DNA from: Enterobacter phage CC31 | DNA length: 64,000 bases | Reading direction: 5' to 3' (one strand) | Sequence record: NC_014662.1 | Shown here: one piece after another, positions 48,128 through 59,607 of the stretch | How positions within the stretch are numbered: position 1 is the first letter of the stretch | Layout of the letters: each line of letters opens with the position of its first letter | Made by a program: the position numbers and the translations under genes | The notes under the pieces: model-generated | The model's input: the letters and a program-made list of their open reading frames with translations, nothing else | Told to the model about the DNA's origin: nothing | The model's database searches: none

Positions 48128-48156
48128 AGAAACAACAAAAGGAGCCCGAAGGCTCC
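48128..48156 (-). terminator. intrinsic terminator after gene 32 (minus strand)
   Basis: GGAGCC-TTCG-GGCTCC on minus strand followed by TTTTGTTGTTT. Confidence 0.75.
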
Positions 48157-48164
48157 TTCTTTTA

Positions 48165-49085
48165 TTACAGACCGTTCAGCAGTTCGTCGAGGTCTTCATC
48201 ACCGCTGGAGGCAGAACCGCCAGTTTCCATGAAGTCTTCAGCTGGTGCTGATTTCTGAGAACCTGCGTTAAAGTTCGCGAGGTCATCTTCAAAGTTGTCC
48301 AGGTCTTCACCAACTTTATCAGCCTGAGCAGAAGCGCGAGACGCGGCAGTACCCATAGCAGCTGTACCCATAACCTGAAGGAATTTCTTCTGGTTATCTT
48401 CGAAAGATTTGAACTGGTCTTTCGCAGTCAGAGTGGTCAGGTCGACCATTTGTTCCTGCAGTTGTGCCTGATAAGCTTCATCTTCGATATTAGGAATCTC
48501 AGATTGACCAAGGAACTTGGATTCATCGTAGTTGCTGAAACCAGATACTTTCTTAACTTTCAGAACGAAGTTAGCACCTTCAAACGCACAAGTTACGTCG
48601 ATTGGAGTTTCGCCCATTTCAACGTCAACGGCAACCATTGCATTGATTTTGTCCCAAATTTTCTTACCGAAACGATATTTGAAGACTTTACCTTCGTTTT
48701 CTGGAGCAGCCGGGTCTTTAACAACCAGGATGTTCGCGTAGTAAGAAGTTTTGCGTTTCAACAGCTTGTATTCTTCGTTGTTGGTGTTATATGAATCATT
48801 CTTGGACAGATATTGACATACTGGGCAAGAATCATAATCACCGTGGGTAGAAGTACAGTTTTCAATGTACCATTTACCGCCTTTCTTGAAGCCGTGATTC
48901 ACCAGAACAGCGAATGGTACGCCTTCATCACCTTTACCTGGCAGGAAACGGATGACCGCTTGACCGTTACCAGCATTATCCAACTTCAGTTTCCATTCAC
49001 CTTTATCTTCGGAATTGAAACCTTTAGAACCAGACAGGGAAGCCAGTTGGGAAGCCAGGGCAGCAGGATTTTTACGCTTAAACAT
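48165..49085 (-). CDS. 32: single-stranded DNA-binding protein gp32
   Basis: 306 aa; N-terminus MFKRK, blocks [15 protein letters not shown] and acidic C-terminal tail match recalled T4 gp32; terminator downstream. Confidence 0.9.
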   Translation of the reverse strand: MFKRKNPAALASQLASLSGSKGFNSEDKGEWKLKLDNAGNGQAVIRFLPGKGDEGVPFAVLVNHGFKKGGKWYIENCTSTHGDYDSCPVCQYLSKNDSYNTNNEEYKLLKRKTSYYANILVVKDPAAPENEGKVFKYRFGKKIWDKINAMVAVDVEMGETPIDVTCAFEGANFVLKVKKVSGFSNYDESKFLGQSEIPNIEDEAYQAQLQEQMVDLTTLTAKDQFKSFEDNQKKFLQVMGTAAMGTAASRASAQADKVGEDLDNFEDDLANFNAGSQKSAPAEDFMETGGSASSGDEDLDELLNGL

Positions 49086-49095
49086 AGATTTTACC

Positions 49096-49749
49096 TTAAT
49101 ATTTACAGTTTTTGACAGTTTTTATGAACAGTTGTTTTGCTTCTTCGCGGTCAACATTAAGTATCTTTCGATACGCATGTAACTTTGTAGAGTAGTTTGA
49201 CCAGACCAGATTATCGGTTGCTTGGTCATGTTTATTTATAATGTCCAGAAACGAGTCCAGAATTATAAAAGTCTCGAAAGAGATGATATTACTTTGAAGT
49301 AATTTGAATATGTATGACGAGTTAACCTTATCATTATAATCAAATAACTCATTAAGCGATTTAACTTCAACTTTCTTGCTGAAATAGTAAATATTGCGAA
49401 CGTCTTCTTCGAAGTTCGACTTGATTAATTTCAGCTTACCGATATATTCACGATAAAACACTAACGCATCAGCATCGGAAATTTCACCAATCCAAGCGTC
49501 CTGGTTAGCTACCAGGTTACTGATGAATATCAAGGTCAATTCTTTTAATGTGTACTTCTCAGATAACTTCTTGAAGAAGTATTTGTCACGACGTTTATCG
49601 TAAGCCTTATCTGATACTCGCATGCACCAGTTGTACTTGACAACATCATATCGACCGTTGAAGTGATTCTTCAACATCAAGTACAACTTGTACACAGACT
49701 TACCGTCGATATATCGTCCACCATTTGGTGGCATGCGCAATTTAATCAT
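49096..49749 (-). CDS. 59: helicase loader gp59
   Basis: 217 aa, near-identical to recalled T4 gp59 (MIKLRMP...[10 protein letters not shown]...). Confidence 0.9.
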   Translation of the reverse strand: MIKLRMPPNGGRYIDGKSVYKLYLMLKNHFNGRYDVVKYNWCMRVSDKAYDKRRDKYFFKKLSEKYTLKELTLIFISNLVANQDAWIGEISDADALVFYREYIGKLKLIKSNFEEDVRNIYYFSKKVEVKSLNELFDYNDKVNSSYIFKLLQSNIISFETFIILDSFLDIINKHDQATDNLVWSNYSTKLHAYRKILNVDREEAKQLFIKTVKNCKY

Positions 49750-50087
49750 AACAGGAAATCGAGTGTATTTGTCTTTTGCTGTTTACTAAAGGATGGACGC
49801 AATAGATTATCGTCCAATGCTTCGCTCATAATCTTTTCAATTATATTACCAGGAATATATTTAGCGAATGCAGTTTCAGGGAAAGAATTTTCTTCTAACC
49901 AGTGTGTAGCAGCTTCAAGATAACTCATTCCATGTTCATTAACTAAAGCTTCGATAGCGAAGCCATTGTTCTGTTTATCTACTAATGTAGTAACAGAATC
50001 CGGCTTTTCAGCCGGAGTTTCATCATTTAGGGAAAACAGTGTCATACAGCTCAATCGCCTCTTCAGTTTCGGCTTCAAATTCATCAC
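49746..50087 (-). CDS. 33: late-transcription accessory protein gp33
   Basis: T4 position between 59 and dsbA; start codon uncertain since ORF-track start overlaps dsbA. Confidence 0.7.
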   Translation of the reverse strand: MMNLKPKLKRRLSCMTLFSLNDETPAEKPDSVTTLVDKQNNGFAIEALVNEHGMSYLEAATHWLEENSFPETAFAKYIPGNIIEKIMSEALDDNLLRPSFSKQQKTNTLDFLL

Positions 50088-50298
50088 GAGCAGATTTGAA
50101 GTATAGAGTCAGCAGTCGGTTAAACATCTTACCGTCAACGCCAAGTTCATCTTTAGCGCGAGTACGAATATCACCAATTAGGGTCTGGAAACCGGAGATT
50201 TTCAGTTTATGGTCGGCAGCTTCAACAATTAGTTTCTTGAGGTCAGCACCATGCACTGCTTCGTCAAATTCAACTGGTTCTTTCTTTTCTTTAGCCAT
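50023..50298 (-). CDS. dsbA: dsDNA-binding protein DsbA
   Basis: 91 aa at the T4 dsbA position. Confidence 0.8.
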   Translation of the reverse strand: MAKEKKEPVEFDEAVHGADLKKLIVEAADHKLKISGFQTLIGDIRTRAKDELGVDGKMFNRLLTLYFKSARDEFEAETEEAIELYDTVFPK

Positions 50299-50305
50299 AA
50301 TTTCC

Positions 50306-51229
50306 TCAGAAATCGTTAACGTTTTTGGTTAATTTTGAAAGTCCTGATTTCACGAAGTAAGGATAGATTTTACCACGTGGAGGTACTTTATAAGAGTTAT
50401 AATAATCCAGAATTTGATTAGCAATATCTTCTGGAATATAATCGAAGTCGATAAGCACTCGGTTTTCATAAAACCGTTTGAGCTGCTCACCTTCAAGAAT
50501 AGTTGTGATATCTTCTGCGTCACAACACTGTTCAACAAAAGCAGTTTTAGTTGGTGGAGTACGTTCACCATCTACGCGAGTATACCAGAAATCAGAACGC
50601 ACAGTAATTGCTGCCACGTTATCTTTCTTATCGCCTTTGACTACTTTCATCATACAATCAAGTGCAGGAGAACCTGTCTTCGCTTTAACGAATTTCTTCT
50701 GCATCGGAGACCATTGAGTTACATTCGGATATTTGTGCAACTGAGTAAAGTCACCATCTGATGAAACGATAAGTACTTTATTACCTTCTAGCGAAAGCTT
50801 TTTAGTGAGGACCGCAATATGGTCATCCGCTTCCATTTTATCAATATTCATCATATGATAAGGCATGTACTTTTCAAATTCTTCAATTACAGTACGAATA
50901 CCTTCGAAATAGCCTTCCCAGTCCCATTCAGACTCTTCGCGACCATCTGCACGGTTCTTTTTGTAGTAATAAGCTTTATCACGACGCCAATAGCCGGACT
51001 TAGCATTATCACAACAAATAATTACCTTGTTGTAACCGTCTTTGCGGAATTTGAATGCGTTAAATTTCAGAGTGCTCAATACCAGATGACGAAGCATCGG
51101 AGTAGTGATTTTCTCTTTATCTTTGAAAGTGTGCATCGCTGTCGCCAATGCGATTTGAGACAAGTCGACTAGAATGTAACCATCTTTTACTTGGTCTTCT
51201 TCGTCGAAGAGACAGTTTAAATTAGACAT
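50306..51229 (-). CDS. rnh: RNase H / 5'-3' exonuclease
   Basis: FEN-family blocks (CDNAKSGYWRRD, SSDGDFTQL, GDKKDNV) match recalled T4 RNase H. Confidence 0.9.
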   Translation of the reverse strand: MSNLNCLFDEEDQVKDGYILVDLSQIALATAMHTFKDKEKITTPMLRHLVLSTLKFNAFKFRKDGYNKVIICCDNAKSGYWRRDKAYYYKKNRADGREESEWDWEGYFEGIRTVIEEFEKYMPYHMMNIDKMEADDHIAVLTKKLSLEGNKVLIVSSDGDFTQLHKYPNVTQWSPMQKKFVKAKTGSPALDCMMKVVKGDKKDNVAAITVRSDFWYTRVDGERTPPTKTAFVEQCCDAEDITTILEGEQLKRFYENRVLIDFDYIPEDIANQILDYYNSYKVPPRGKIYPYFVKSGLSKLTKNVNDF

Positions 51230-51260
51230 TAGAACCTCGTTCATTTAGTAACAGAGTCAT

Positions 51261-51268
51261 TATAAATA
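51261..51268 (+). promoter_or_regulatory. late promoter core TATAAATA upstream of gene 34
   Basis: Exact consensus 30 nt upstream of the gene 34 ATG. Confidence 0.65.
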
Positions 51269-51298
51269 AGTTCTATAATAGCAAATAGGAGCACCATT

Positions 51299-54200
51299 AT
51301 GGCAGATTCAATCAAACGCAAGTTTCGTGGCGCTGAAGGCTTCGATGCTGCGGGTGAAAAAATAGTCAACGTTGCTACTGCTGACCGCACGGTGTTATCC
51401 GATGGCGTCAACGTTGAATTCCTTATACAAGAAAACACATTACAACAATATGATGAAACACGTGGCTACACTTCTGGCTTCGCAGTAATTTACGACAACC
51501 GTATTTGGGTTTCAAATCGTGATATTGCAAAACCTGCCGGTGCATTCAACGAACTCTTCTGGAACTCAGTACGTACTGACGCCAAGTGGCGAGTAGTTTC
51601 AAGCGGAACCACTACTCTGAAATCAGGTGAATTCATTTCAGTCGACACCAATAAAGGTAACGACATGGTATTCACTCTGCCGAATAACCCACAAGACGGC
51701 GATACAATTATGCTGAAGGATATCGGGAACAAAACCGGTACTGTAGGCGTAGTTATTAACGCATCAGTACAAGATATCGTTCTGCGTGACCCTACGAATA
51801 AAGTTCGTTCTGTTCGTATGACTCATCCGTTGTCTCAGTACGTGTTTGTGTTCAGTAACAGATTGTGGAACCTTTACGTTTCAGATTACGCTCGTTATGC
51901 TCGCATTGTAACTCCAAGTGCAGTTGTACAAGCACAATCAAACGACTTTATCGTTCGTCGCTATACTTCTCCAGGTCCAATTCGTATCACTTTACCTAAG
52001 TTTGCGAATACCGGAGATATTATCAACTTTACTGACCTTGATGGAAAGAACCCTCAATTCCACATGATTGTTAGTACTTTTGATGATAACACTAACATCG
52101 GTACTGTTGGTCAAAAATCAGTAGAAGTTCGTACTTCAGGCGACGGATTCATCGTATATGATGCTTCAGAATCTATCTGGAGAATCTGGGAAGGTGATTT
52201 ACGCCCACGTATGCGTATCATCACTGATAACGTAACTTTAATTCCAAACGATGTTGTTACTGTTTTTGGTGTAAATAACACTACCCAGAAAACTATTGAC
52301 ATCACTTTGCCTACTGATATTGCTGTTGGTGATACCGTCACTATCGCAATGAATTATATGCGCAAAGGCCAAAAGGTAAATATCAGAGCAGCTACTGGAG
52401 ACAAAATTGCTTCAAGTCTTCAATTACTGCAATTCCCTAAACGCTCAGAGTATACGCCTGATGCAGCTTGGGTAATGAATGATGTTCTTACTTTCGACGG
52501 CACTACTTCTTATGTTCCAGTGCTTCAGTTATCTTATATTGAAAATGCTGGTTCAAAATACTGGATTGTAGCAGATAATGCTCCGACGGTAGAACGTGTT
52601 GATTCAAAAGATAATGAAACTCGTAAGCGTCTTGGTGTTATTGCTCTTGCTTCTCAAGCTCAAGCTAACGTTGATTATGAAAATAGTCCAGAAAAAGAAT
52701 TAGCAATTACTCCAGAGACTTTAGCAAACCGTATTGCTACCAAGATTCGTCGTGGTATTGCTCGTCTGGTCACATTAACTGAAATTCAGGCTCCAACTTC
52801 TGGTCCGCATCTGGATGATGTTATTGTTACTCCAGCTATGCTGAATGAAAAAACAGCTACTGAAGAAAGACGCGGTGTTGCTGAAACCGCTACTCAGGCT
52901 GAAGCAAATGGTTCAACTGATGATGAAAGAATTGTTACTCCGAAGAAGCTGCATAACCGTATTGCTTCTGAGACGTTGACTGGTATTCTTAAATTAGTAA
53001 GAACTGTTGGAACTGCGGCGGGTATTGGACGAGATACGAAAGGTACTAACATTTATGACTATGATAACAACATTGATGCGGTAACTCCAAAATCACTGTT
53101 CCAATTCAAGTCTACTGAGCAAGCTCAGGGCGCTGTTTATCTGGCTACTCAAAACGAAGTAATTGCTGGTGGTCCAGCTCAACCTGGTTTCCCAGTCGTT
53201 GTTACTCCACAAACGCTTCACGGTAAAACTTCAACTGATTCAAGAATCGGTTTGATTCAAATTGCTAAACAAGCTGAAGTAGATGCTGGCACAGATTACA
53301 CAAAAGCAGTTACTCCTAAAACTCTGAATGACCGTAAGGCTCGTGAAGATTTAAGTGGTATTGCTGAAATTGCAACTCAAGCTGAATTTGATACTGGAAC
53401 AGACGATACTCGTATCGTAACTCCATTAAAGGTTAAAACTCGTTTCAATTCAACCGATAGAACATCTGTTGTTGCTCTGTCTGGATTAGTTGAGCAAGGA
53501 ACCTTGTGGGACCATTATACATTAGATATCAAAGAAGCATCTGAGACCCAGCGTGGTACCGCTGCTCTGGCTACTCAAGTACAAGTTGATGCTGGCACTG
53601 ATGATAAGACGATTGTTACGCCTAAGAAATTACAGGCTAAGAAAGCGACTGAGACTACCGAAGGTATTATCCAAGTTGCTAACCAAACTGAAACTGTAGC
53701 CGGCACCATCGCTATTAAAGCAGTTTCTCCGAAGAACTTGAAGTATATTGCTCAGGAAGAAAAAACTTGGGAATCTACTATAGCTCGTCGTGGTTTTGTT
53801 AAATTGTCAGAAAAAGCACTTACCTTTAAAGGGGATGCTACTAATGGTTCTGGCCGTCTGCTTCCAGGTGACTTAATCAACGAACCTGCTTTGACAGATT
53901 TGCCTAAAGAAGGATATGCAGTATCTCCATATGAGATGAACCGTGCGCTGCAATACTTCTTACCGGCTAAAGCGAAAGCTGTTGATTCTGATTTGCTTGA
54001 TGGACTTGATTCAACTCAGTTTGTACGCCGTGATATCGACCAAGTAGTTAATGGTAAAATTACGTTCAAAAAGGATGTTACTCTAGAAGCTCCTCTGGTG
54101 TCCTCTAGTACGGCCAAGTTCACTACCGTGAATGCTACTATATCTGTTGATATTGGTGACACCCTGGGTAATTCTAGAATCAATTTGAATACTCTGGCGA

Positions 54201-55093
54201 ATGGTTGGAACATCGAGACGCTGGCGAATGGTTCAACTCTTGATTTTACTGCCGTAGATAAAGTTCTGACACTTAATCGTAATGGAAACGTAACGGTTGC
54301 TCAGACTCTGACTGCAATGAACAAAGTTGATGCTAGTAAGGGCTTTTCAGTCGAAGGTGGTACAATGGTTATCAATCCTTCCTCTACTGAAATTGTCATT
54401 GGTACTCAATCTAAGCAAGTAACACTGCAGAACAAAGATGCTAAGACATTCTCAGTTGTAGACCCTTCTGGTACTTACACCATTCTGAATACCAAGAATG
54501 CTTTTGAAATAACGGCTCAAGGGTTCGTTAAGAAAGCTGGTGATTCAATGACTGGACCACTTCAAATTCAAGCTCCATTAACTGTTCAGATTCCTGAAGG
54601 ACGAGTTGCTCCTGATGTTAAACCATCAGATGATAACCCAGCTTCATGGTCTGCATCAATTACCACAGCAACGATTTACAATAAGTTGCCTGGTTATGGT
54701 GTTCCAGTTATGGAAAAAGATTCTGAAGGACAAGATACTGGTTTCGTAGACCATTACGAATATGTTAAAGGTCCTGGTGTATTAACTCAACATGGTATTG
54801 GTAAGACTGCGGTCTATCAAATTTGGGCACCTCGCCCAACAGTTCAAGAGTTAAACCACAATGCTCAGACTTTCTGGATTCGTAACTTCAACATTGTAAC
54901 TAATGATTGGGACGAATGGGGTAAGATGTACACCTCAGTTCAGAGACCTACTGCAGGCGAAATTGGTGCTGTATCAACTTCTGGTTCGGCTTTCAATAAC
55001 TTAACAATTCGCGACTGGTTACAAATTAAGAACGTTCGTATTGTTCCTAATGAAACCACTCGTACTGTTGACTTCATTTGGGTTGATGAATAA
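51299..55093 (+). CDS. 34: long tail fibre proximal subunit
   Basis: 1264 aa; N-terminal region and repeated TPKKL/TPKTL motifs match recalled T4 gp34; late promoter upstream. Confidence 0.9.
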   Translation: MADSIKRKFRGAEGFDAAGEKIVNVATADRTVLSDGVNVEFLIQENTLQQYDETRGYTSGFAVIYDNRIWVSNRDIAKPAGAFNELFWNSVRTDAKWRVVSSGTTTLKSGEFISVDTNKGNDMVFTLPNNPQDGDTIMLKDIGNKTGTVGVVINASVQDIVLRDPTNKVRSVRMTHPLSQYVFVFSNRLWNLYVSDYARYARIVTPSAVVQAQSNDFIVRRYTSPGPIRITLPKFANTGDIINFTDLDGKNPQFHMIVSTFDDNTNIGTVGQKSVEVRTSGDGFIVYDASESIWRIWEGDLRPRMRIITDNVTLIPNDVVTVFGVNNTTQKTIDITLPTDIAVGDTVTIAMNYMRKGQKVNIRAATGDKIASSLQLLQFPKRSEYTPDAAWVMNDVLTFDGTTSYVPVLQLSYIENAGSKYWIVADNAPTVERVDSKDNETRKRLGVIALASQAQANVDYENSPEKELAITPETLANRIATKIRRGIARLVTLTEIQAPTSGPHLDDVIVTPAMLNEKTATEERRGVAETATQAEANGSTDDERIVTPKKLHNRIASETLTGILKLVRTVGTAAGIGRDTKGTNIYDYDNNIDAVTPKSLFQFKSTEQAQGAVYLATQNEVIAGGPAQPGFPVVVTPQTLHGKTSTDSRIGLIQIAKQAEVDAGTDYTKAVTPKTLNDRKAREDLSGIAEIATQAEFDTGTDDTRIVTPLKVKTRFNSTDRTSVVALSGLVEQGTLWDHYTLDIKEASETQRGTAALATQVQVDAGTDDKTIVTPKKLQAKKATETTEGIIQVANQTETVAGTIAIKAVSPKNLKYIAQEEKTWESTIARRGFVKLSEKALTFKGDATNGSGRLLPGDLINEPALTDLPKEGYAVSPYEMNRALQYFLPAKAKAVDSDLLDGLDSTQFVRRDIDQVVNGKITFKKDVTLEAPLVSSSTAKFTTVNATISVDIGDTLGNSRINLNTLANGWNIETLANGSTLDFTAVDKVLTLNRNGNVTVAQTLTAMNKVDASKGFSVEGGTMVINPSSTEIVIGTQSKQVTLQNKDAKTFSVVDPSGTYTILNTKNAFEITAQGFVKKAGDSMTGPLQIQAPLTVQIPEGRVAPDVKPSDDNPASWSASITTATIYNKLPGYGVPVMEKDSEGQDTGFVDHYEYVKGPGVLTQHGIGKTAVYQIWAPRPTVQELNHNAQTFWIRNFNIVTNDWDEWGKMYTSVQRPTAGEIGAVSTSGSAFNNLTIRDWLQIKNVRIVPNETTRTVDFIWVDE

Positions 55094-56241
55094 TGGCTAA
55101 AATGATGGCGAGTTTTGGACAAGGATTTGTCCAAACTCAAGTTCTTTCTGAGAACAATTCCGTCAAGTATAAGCTAGCATTTGCGGCAGGGGTAGCTCAG
55201 TCTACCCCTTCTGAAGCTTATTATACTTTCCAGGATGAACCTGCTGGGGTTCAATATGACGGCCCAGGTATAAACCTGAGAGAATTTAATCCAGCAACTA
55301 ATCAAATGCTTAACTTCAAAACTTTTAATTTAAATCCTGAAGACGCAAACGCGGCTACTAAAGCATTTGTGCAACATATGCAAACCCTCCCGGCTTCTGA
55401 TAATTTGCTTATCATTACATCATATGAGAGGCTTTATTCAAGCCCTTCTGTAGATGCTTTGATGAAATCTCTTGGTTCAGTTATGTGGCCAAGTATATTT
55501 CTTACTACAAATTATGGATGCAATTACTGTGCTTTGTACTCTATTAGAAGAAAGAAAATAATTGCTGAAAACACAACATATTCAGATTTCAAAAAAGAGA
55601 ATAGAGACATACGTCCAGCTTTAGAATTCATTTATGATAAAGCAAATGATATCGGAGCTACTGGATATTCACAAAAAGCTATTGATGATTCAAACACATA
55701 TATCATTGATAAAGATAATCCAAGTAAAAGATTTCCGCAGCAGCTTGAGCAAATATCTCCAATAAATCAATACGGAATTGCTCCTGGAGATAAAATGCAG
55801 TGGAACTTTGAAGTAAAAGGAGATTCTTCTTTAACAGCTCCAGGACAAAACATTAGAGTAAATCTTCGTTGGTTCCAAGGCACTTCATATCTTTCTGGAG
55901 CAGTAGTTGAAACACAACCGACTGACGCAGATAAATGGATGTGGCACCAGAGATATGTAACCGTTCCTGATAATGCTGATGGATTTACAATAATTGCTTC
56001 TCGTTATCCAGAAGTAGCTGGTTCTGAAGGAAGCGGTGCTATTCGTGAAATGATGCTCACTCAAGTATCGAGAGCTGTAGAACCTCTTATGGACCCGGCT
56101 GGATTTGGTGTAAACGGAATCAGAATGAACAATATGATTTCTGATGGTGTAGATGAAAATACACTGTTAGTTCTTCCTGATACAGAAGACGATAAATCTG
56201 GTAATATCTACTCGGCTGACTTCAGAGAGTATAATGACTAA
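55093..56241 (+). CDS. 35: long tail fibre hinge connector gp35
   Basis: 382 aa, ATGA overlap with gene 34, T4 position. Confidence 0.8.
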   Translation: MAKMMASFGQGFVQTQVLSENNSVKYKLAFAAGVAQSTPSEAYYTFQDEPAGVQYDGPGINLREFNPATNQMLNFKTFNLNPEDANAATKAFVQHMQTLPASDNLLIITSYERLYSSPSVDALMKSLGSVMWPSIFLTTNYGCNYCALYSIRRKKIIAENTTYSDFKKENRDIRPALEFIYDKANDIGATGYSQKAIDDSNTYIIDKDNPSKRFPQQLEQISPINQYGIAPGDKMQWNFEVKGDSSLTAPGQNIRVNLRWFQGTSYLSGAVVETQPTDADKWMWHQRYVTVPDNADGFTIIASRYPEVAGSEGSGAIREMMLTQVSRAVEPLMDPAGFGVNGIRMNNMISDGVDENTLLVLPDTEDDKSGNIYSADFREYND

Positions 56242-56300
56242 AGCCCTTCGGGGCTTTTGTTGTTTCTGAATAAATACAACAAACATATAAGGGGAAGGCC

Positions 56301-56954
56301 ATGGCTGATTTAAAAGCTAACAGTACAATTGGCGGATTACCGATTTGGCACCAGGGGAGTTTCCCTCTTTTTCCAATAAACGATACTCTGCTTTACAAGA
56401 CTTATAAAGTCTACACAGAATATGATAAGCCACAAGCTGCAGATAACGACTTCGTTTCTAAAGCTAATGGCGGCATTTATGCAAAACCAGTTCAATTCAG
56501 TCAGGGATTAACTTTCCTGGATGATAAAGGAGCGACTGTTACAATAGGCAAAGCCACTGGAACAGCTGGAGCAACTTATACTGCTTCAATCAAAGTTCCT
56601 GCTCAATTTGCTTTTGAGACTGGCGAAGGCAAACCATTTGTAATTTTTGACCCAGTAACTGACATGACTAAGCCTCGTCTTGTTGTAATGGGAGATGTCT
56701 TAGGCAAGTTTTTATACGACGAAGCTGGTCGAGTTTATTCACCTGGAAATAAGCCAAATAACGTTGACGTTGGTTTAGGAAATGTAAGTAATGACGCCCA
56801 GGTGAAAATAAATACAACTACGTTACAAACAATGGCTGGTCCATTGGCTGCACCGAACTTAAGTTCTTTAAACGCAGCTTCTGCACCACAACACGTTCCA
56901 CGTTTTGACCAGATTGTCGTAAGAGACTCTATTCAAGATTTCGGAACCTATTGA
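56301..56954 (+). CDS. 36: long tail fibre distal connector gp36
   Basis: 217 aa, T4 position. Confidence 0.8.
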   Translation: MADLKANSTIGGLPIWHQGSFPLFPINDTLLYKTYKVYTEYDKPQAADNDFVSKANGGIYAKPVQFSQGLTFLDDKGATVTIGKATGTAGATYTASIKVPAQFAFETGEGKPFVIFDPVTDMTKPRLVVMGDVLGKFLYDEAGRVYSPGNKPNNVDVGLGNVSNDAQVKINTTTLQTMAGPLAAPNLSSLNAASAPQHVPRFDQIVVRDSIQDFGTY

Positions 56955-56961
56955 GGAATTT

Positions 56962-59574
56962 ATGGCAACTATCAAACAAATTCAATTTAAGCGTTCTAAC
57001 GTTGCTGGTAAAAGACCGCTTCCAGCTGATATCGCTGAAGGCGAATTAGCAATTAATATCAAGGATTCGACTTTATTCACTAAGAACGCTGATGGGCAAA
57101 TCATTGACCTCGGTTTTGCAAAAGGCGGCAGAATCGACGGTGACGTTGTACAAGTAGGTAATTATACTCAGACCGGTAATTACATTACTTCTGGTGATGT
57201 CAGTGCTAAAACTATTTTAGCCTCAGCAGGTGTTTCATCAAATGGTGATATTGTTGCTGAAAGAGGCGTAATTCGAACTCGTGCTGCTTCTTCAGGCAAC
57301 GCTCATTTGTGGTTTGAAGGCGAAGAAATTACAGGTGAAAACCGTAATAAAGAACGTGGTGTTTTATATGCTACCCAACAAACAGATACAGATGGGCGAG
57401 TAAACCTTCGAGTTTACAATGGTAAAGCCCACGCGGCTAATACAAACAACGCGCTGTTCGTGTTTAACGGTGCCGGGGATTTCGCGGCTCCTAAAGATTT
57501 GTATGGCCAGCGCTCTCGTTTAAGTATTGAGTCTATAGCCCCAGTAATGAATACAAATCGCCTTTTAACGGCGAATAAACCATTCGCAAACCAAGTGTAT
57601 AGCTTTGATGATATAGTCAATTATAAAGCCGGCGAGAATGGCGCTCTTGCGTTAAACTATGTGTACAAAGGCCGGGCGCATCAGACCGGCACGATTTGGC
57701 ATCATTTAATCGACGAACGCGAAGCTCCTGAATGGGCTCTTTATACTGGTTCGGGTCCAGCAAATAAAATGTTCGCGATTCGTTCAGTTGGTACATTAGG
57801 ACATGCTCAATTCACTGGTAGCTTATTCTTAGGTTCTGGTAGCAGTGGAACTGGTTTTGTATCTGGAATGGGTGAAGGTTCTTTAGCATTGGGTGATAAT
57901 GATACTGGTTTCCGTAACGATGGCGACGGGATGTTTAGTGTAATGGCTAACTCTCGGGCTCTTGTTAATTATAATGCTTCAGCCCCGAAGTTCCAAATTG
58001 AGCACAGAAAAGCTACTAGAATCACCCACACTGATAATACAAACACAACTATTCTTCCAAGTAACAACAATTCTTTATTGGAAATTGACACTTCGTTAGA
58101 TGGAAATAATGCTGGTGGAAACGGGTTAACTCTTTTAGGTTATATTTCAAGCGGAAAATATTATCATTATTTCAGAGGTTCTGGATATGTAGCTTATGAT
58201 ATGGATGAAGGCGTTAAAATTAATAAAGGTGGCTTGAATGTAGGCGGTAATACATCTATAACAGGAAATACTTATGTAACTGGCGCTGTTACATCAAATG
58301 GACAGTTTAAAACTTCCGCAAATGATGGTTTAAAAATTTGGAATGGCGATTATGGTATGATACTGCGTCGTTCTGAAAATAACTTTTATCTTATCCCAAC
58401 TGCGCAAGGTCAAGCCGAAAATGGTGGTATTAGTAATTTGCGCCCGTTTTATATTGATTGTGCTACCGGCAACGCTACTTTAGGACATAACGTAACAATT
58501 AATGGCCAATCTACGTTAAATGGCAACGTTACTTTAGGTTCGGGTCAAATTAACTTGCTTGGGGGTTCAGGTAATATTGGATTTGCAAAAGCAGGTACAA
58601 GCCCTTATTCAATGCGAATTTTCTATGCTGGGAATACTGAACGTGGCAACAGACTAGAAATAGCTGATGATTCGTCTTATTTGATGTATATTGAACGTCA
58701 TCCATCTATAGGTATTCAATTAGTTACTAATGGTGGTCACATAAAAACTAATGCTGGTAGCGTTTATACTGAAGCTATAGCGTTAAATAGCGGTGCAAGA
58801 TTTGTGGCTGATGGAAACATTTATTTACCAAATGCTACTAACGGATTTTCTGCTGGTTGGGTATTAGGTCAAATTAACAGCCGTCTTAACGCTGCTGTTC
58901 AAAAATCTGGCGATACCATGACTGGTACCTTGACTATTAACAACGGTGCAAACACTGGTGTAATGGTTTCTGGTATTACATCTGGTAGTGATAAAGGATT
59001 AATACGAGGTAACGTCGACGGTGGCGCTCATGATCAATGGGAAAACCGTTCTTCTGGTCTTCAATTAGATTGCCCGAGTTCCGATGATAGCGCATATAAC
59101 GTATGGAAAGCAACTAAATGGGGAGCTTATCATATTGCTGCAATGGACGTTTATGCTCCAAGTGGTAATGGTTATGTTCGCTTAGTTATTCGTAACGGCG
59201 GAGCCCACATTTGGAATAACAGCAGTTATACTTCTCCAGTGCAGATTAATGCTCCAGAATTTTATCTGACTTCAGATATTTCGTTGAAGAAAGATATTCG
59301 TTCAATCGAAGATTCTCGTTCTAACTTGCATAAAGTTGAAATTAAACGATATGCAATGAAAGATGGTTCTAACGATAATGCAATCGGTGTTATTGCACAA
59401 GAAGTTCAAGAAGTTTATCCAGAACTTGTTAATGAAAATAAAGACACTGGCAAATTATCTGTTAACTATCGTGGACTTTCTTCTGTTCTTTGGAAAATTG
59501 TTCAAGAGCAAGATAAAGAATTGGAAGATGTTAAATCTCGTTTAGCTCGCATTGAAGAACTTTTGTCTAAATAA
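56962..59574 (+). CDS. 37: long tail fibre distal subunit gp37 with C-terminal intramolecular-chaperone-like domain
   Basis: 870 aa; C-terminal ~100 aa (SDISLKKDI...VIAQEVQEVYPELV...RLARIEELL) resembles self-cleaving chaperone domains of other fibres. Confidence 0.8.
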   Translation: MATIKQIQFKRSNVAGKRPLPADIAEGELAINIKDSTLFTKNADGQIIDLGFAKGGRIDGDVVQVGNYTQTGNYITSGDVSAKTILASAGVSSNGDIVAERGVIRTRAASSGNAHLWFEGEEITGENRNKERGVLYATQQTDTDGRVNLRVYNGKAHAANTNNALFVFNGAGDFAAPKDLYGQRSRLSIESIAPVMNTNRLLTANKPFANQVYSFDDIVNYKAGENGALALNYVYKGRAHQTGTIWHHLIDEREAPEWALYTGSGPANKMFAIRSVGTLGHAQFTGSLFLGSGSSGTGFVSGMGEGSLALGDNDTGFRNDGDGMFSVMANSRALVNYNASAPKFQIEHRKATRITHTDNTNTTILPSNNNSLLEIDTSLDGNNAGGNGLTLLGYISSGKYYHYFRGSGYVAYDMDEGVKINKGGLNVGGNTSITGNTYVTGAVTSNGQFKTSANDGLKIWNGDYGMILRRSENNFYLIPTAQGQAENGGISNLRPFYIDCATGNATLGHNVTINGQSTLNGNVTLGSGQINLLGGSGNIGFAKAGTSPYSMRIFYAGNTERGNRLEIADDSSYLMYIERHPSIGIQLVTNGGHIKTNAGSVYTEAIALNSGARFVADGNIYLPNATNGFSAGWVLGQINSRLNAAVQKSGDTMTGTLTINNGANTGVMVSGITSGSDKGLIRGNVDGGAHDQWENRSSGLQLDCPSSDDSAYNVWKATKWGAYHIAAMDVYAPSGNGYVRLVIRNGGAHIWNNSSYTSPVQINAPEFYLTSDISLKKDIRSIEDSRSNLHKVEIKRYAMKDGSNDNAIGVIAQEVQEVYPELVNENKDTGKLSVNYRGLSSVLWKIVQEQDKELEDVKSRLARIEELLSK

Positions 59575-59579
59575 TTTAA

Positions 59580-59593
59580 GGGCCTTCGGGCCC
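59580..59593 (+). terminator. GC hairpin GGGCCTTCGGGCCC after gene 37
   Basis: Identical to the hairpin after gene 19; no clean U-run. Confidence 0.4.
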
Positions 59594-59607
59594 TAGAGGA
59601 TTTTTAT